Shown: positions 61,937 through 64,000 of the stretch, piece after piece | Layout of the letters: every line of letters begins with the position of its first letter | How positions within the stretch are numbered: position 1 is the first letter of the stretch | The notes under the pieces: model-generated | The model's input: only the letters and a program-made list of their open reading frames with translations | Databases searched by the model: none | Told to the model about the DNA's origin: nothing | Program-made: the position numbers and the translations under genes | Assembly (NCBI RefSeq): GCF_048593235.1 | Contig: NC_133622.1 | Coordinates: 213,497,198-213,561,197 of the forward strand | Direction: 5' to 3' | Length of the DNA: 64,000 nucleotides | Source: Sminthopsis crassicaudata | Taxonomy: Eukaryota

Positions 61937-63161
61937 TCAACAGTTCCAAAGATCAGAAAGATGTTCTGTTGTCCCAGTAATCTTTGGGACTCTAACTTAT
62001 CAGGAACAAGGACAGGGGACTCTTTCTGGCAGAGATGTGTTTTGACCTTTGAAGGCAGACTTGGTGTGGTGGGATCAATTCTGTGGAGGAACAGAGGAAA
62101 ATTTTAAGTTTATTCCTCCTAGAAATCCAGGAGAGCATGAATAGTTAATACCCCTGAGGTAATGGGGGAAATATTTGTACTTTGTCCTTGCTACACCTTC
62201 AAAGTAACCATTTCTTTTAATGAATGAATTTTAATGAATCTGGGGCATTAGTCACAGGCTGCTAACAAAGGAAGGGGATAGAAGAGAAGAGCACTGTGGT
62301 CAGGAGTTCAAGCTAATAATAACAGTCAAGAGCCACTCCCCAAACTCCCCATGATACCCTAGCACCTTGTTGGACCAATGTAGCAGCATGGCTTTGGAAG
62401 AGAGGTCAAGCATCCCTACTATAAATGTAGAATATCATAGAACTTCCACTCAACACTTTTATGTATAGAATACTTCCAGTCATCACTTAGTCTGACACTT
62501 AGAAAAATACAGGGATTGAGATTAAATAATGGAGGAGTTCTCTTGATCATTCTCAATTAAAGGGAAATGACTTGTTCAAAGTCTTCTAACAAGTAAATGA
62601 GAGAGCCAGGACTTTTGAATTTCATTCCAGACACTTTTCTATCATATCATTATATCTCTTTCTAGTCCTTCTCCTAGCACTTCATTACTTTAAACTGTTC
62701 TTACACATTAGATGTTTAACAAACCATCTATACTGTAAAACTAAAGAATATTAGCAGTAAGTAATGAGGTAACTTAAAGTATTGGTTTAAAAAACTAAAA
62801 ATCTTAGCATTTTAGACTTTATGCTGGGTCTTATCAAAATTTTAATGATTCATTACCATCAATTCCTTTGATATTTTCTGCCAACACTAAGCCTTAACTA
62901 CTGCTTAGAGATATACATTCTATACGTACCCCAAAAGATAAATAGGAGAAGTAGTCAGATTATGAGATAATTGAGCAGAGACACAACAAACATGCTTTAC
63001 CAAATGGCAATGAAGTTCTGCCCAGAAAGGCTTGGTTACAGGTCTGGCATTTTAAGGCCAATAACAATCTGACAGTAGCCTGTCTTTTCAGCTTTCTATT
63101 GGACTCTTTCATAATCTATGATCCAGACAAACTATACATCTCAGTGTTCCCTTTTCTCTCC

Positions 63162-63213
63162 CTCCAGGAGTGTATGCTCCAGGAGTGTATGCTCCAGGAG
63201 TGTATGCTCCAGG
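63162..63213 (+). repeat. 15-bp minisatellite (CTCCAGGAGTGTATG) x3.5
   Basis: Three perfect units plus CTCCAGG. Confidence 0.95.
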
Positions 63214-63289
63214 GTATCTGGCTATTTCAGGCCTCTGTGACCGATGAAACATTCTTTCAGCAGGCCCTATCTGTTATATAATGGGTCAC

Positions 63290-63510
63290 TTATGAGGTAG
63301 CCAGGTGATAGAGTAAGTAGAGCACTAGACCCAGAATGAGGAAGACCGTGATCAAATCTAGCCTCAAACTCTAGAGTCTATGTGACCTTGGGTATATCAC
63401 TTAACCACTTCCTTAATTTCCTCAACTGGAAAATGGAGGAGTATTACAGCATCTGCCTTCTAGGGTTTGCTTTGAAAACCGTAAGGTGTTTTATAAATAT
63501 TTGCTGCAAT
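63290..63510 (+). mobile_element. MIR SINE
   Basis: tagagcactagacccagaatgaggaagacc...tgtgaccttgggtatatcacttaacc. Confidence 0.7.
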
Positions 63511-64000
63511 TACATGATTCAACAGACACCTGTTACTTCTTAAAAATCTTGCGCTGCGGTATATGTGCACCATGACTTATGTGTGAGCGTTTATAAATCT
63601 GTAACCAGATTTATAATTGTACATTCTAGCTTGTTTATAGTCATTTTGAATGTCCTGATTTGAGAGAGACTGATAGAGGATTGTAAAATGTTTGTTGCTA
63701 ATTAGAATTCTTGGTAATGTTTTTCTTTACAATACTAAAGGTGAATGGATTTAACAAGCCTAACATTTATTGATTTGTTACTAGAAACTATATAATATCT
63801 TGCACTTTTATCTAACCTGTGTCCTTTTCCCTTGGACAATGGAACTAGATATATAGATCAGAAGAATGCATAGTAGTGCCATTCTGAGCCTGAGCTGTAA
63901 CTCTAATTGACATGAATTAGTGGGCCCACTAATCACCCAATATGAGTGTTCATGGGCAATGGAGAGGTCCATTTGGAAGCTGATGCTGTCATACAATTTA

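Noticed and set aside
63591-63616. 11-bp AT-rich hairpin TTATAAATCTG-taac-CAGATTTATAA
   Set aside because: Short and AT-rich, so plausibly chance; no supporting context.
46000-64000. Search for CCDC179, the next gene in human synteny
   Set aside because: No convincing exon was recognised; the weak resemblance near 62930-62990 and 54690-54740 lacked frame and splice support. A tBLASTn search would be needed to exclude it.
1-64000. tRNA, rRNA, snRNA genes or CRISPR arrays
   Set aside because: None were recognised; tRNA-like A/B boxes occur only as decayed SINE heads.

Overview
This is mammalian genomic DNA, almost certainly marsupial: it carries MAR1-type RTE-tailed SINEs and a marsupial-type L1, possibly dasyurid. 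It holds the 3' end of GAS2 on the + strand (last coding exon 29851-30069, preceded by about 30 kb of its last intron). The complete four-exon SVIP gene lies convergently on the - strand (CDS exons 45038-44985, 40207-40157, 38629-38519, 35844-35830; 76 aa) with a CpG-island promoter at about 44.6-45.4 kb. The rest is repeat-rich (MIR/MAR1 SINEs, L2, L3/CR1, old L1 3' ends, microsatellites) with two assembly gaps. The most notable unannotated items are: (1) a heavily decayed Ty3/Gypsy sushi-like pol fossil on the - strand at about 48.7-52.2 kb, recognised by manual translation of RT, RNase H and integrase motifs in the correct order; (2) a perfect 44-bp-arm palindrome at 48478-48568; (3) an unexplained 162-bp hairpin-rich direct repeat at 53.9 and 56.0 kb; (4) a very young, TSD-flanked, 5'-truncated L1 with one homopolymer frameshift; (5) a candidate spliced divergent transcript from the SVIP promoter. 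I see no convincing evidence of a wholly new functional biological system. Repeat-family names and boundaries come from recognition by eye and are approximate.
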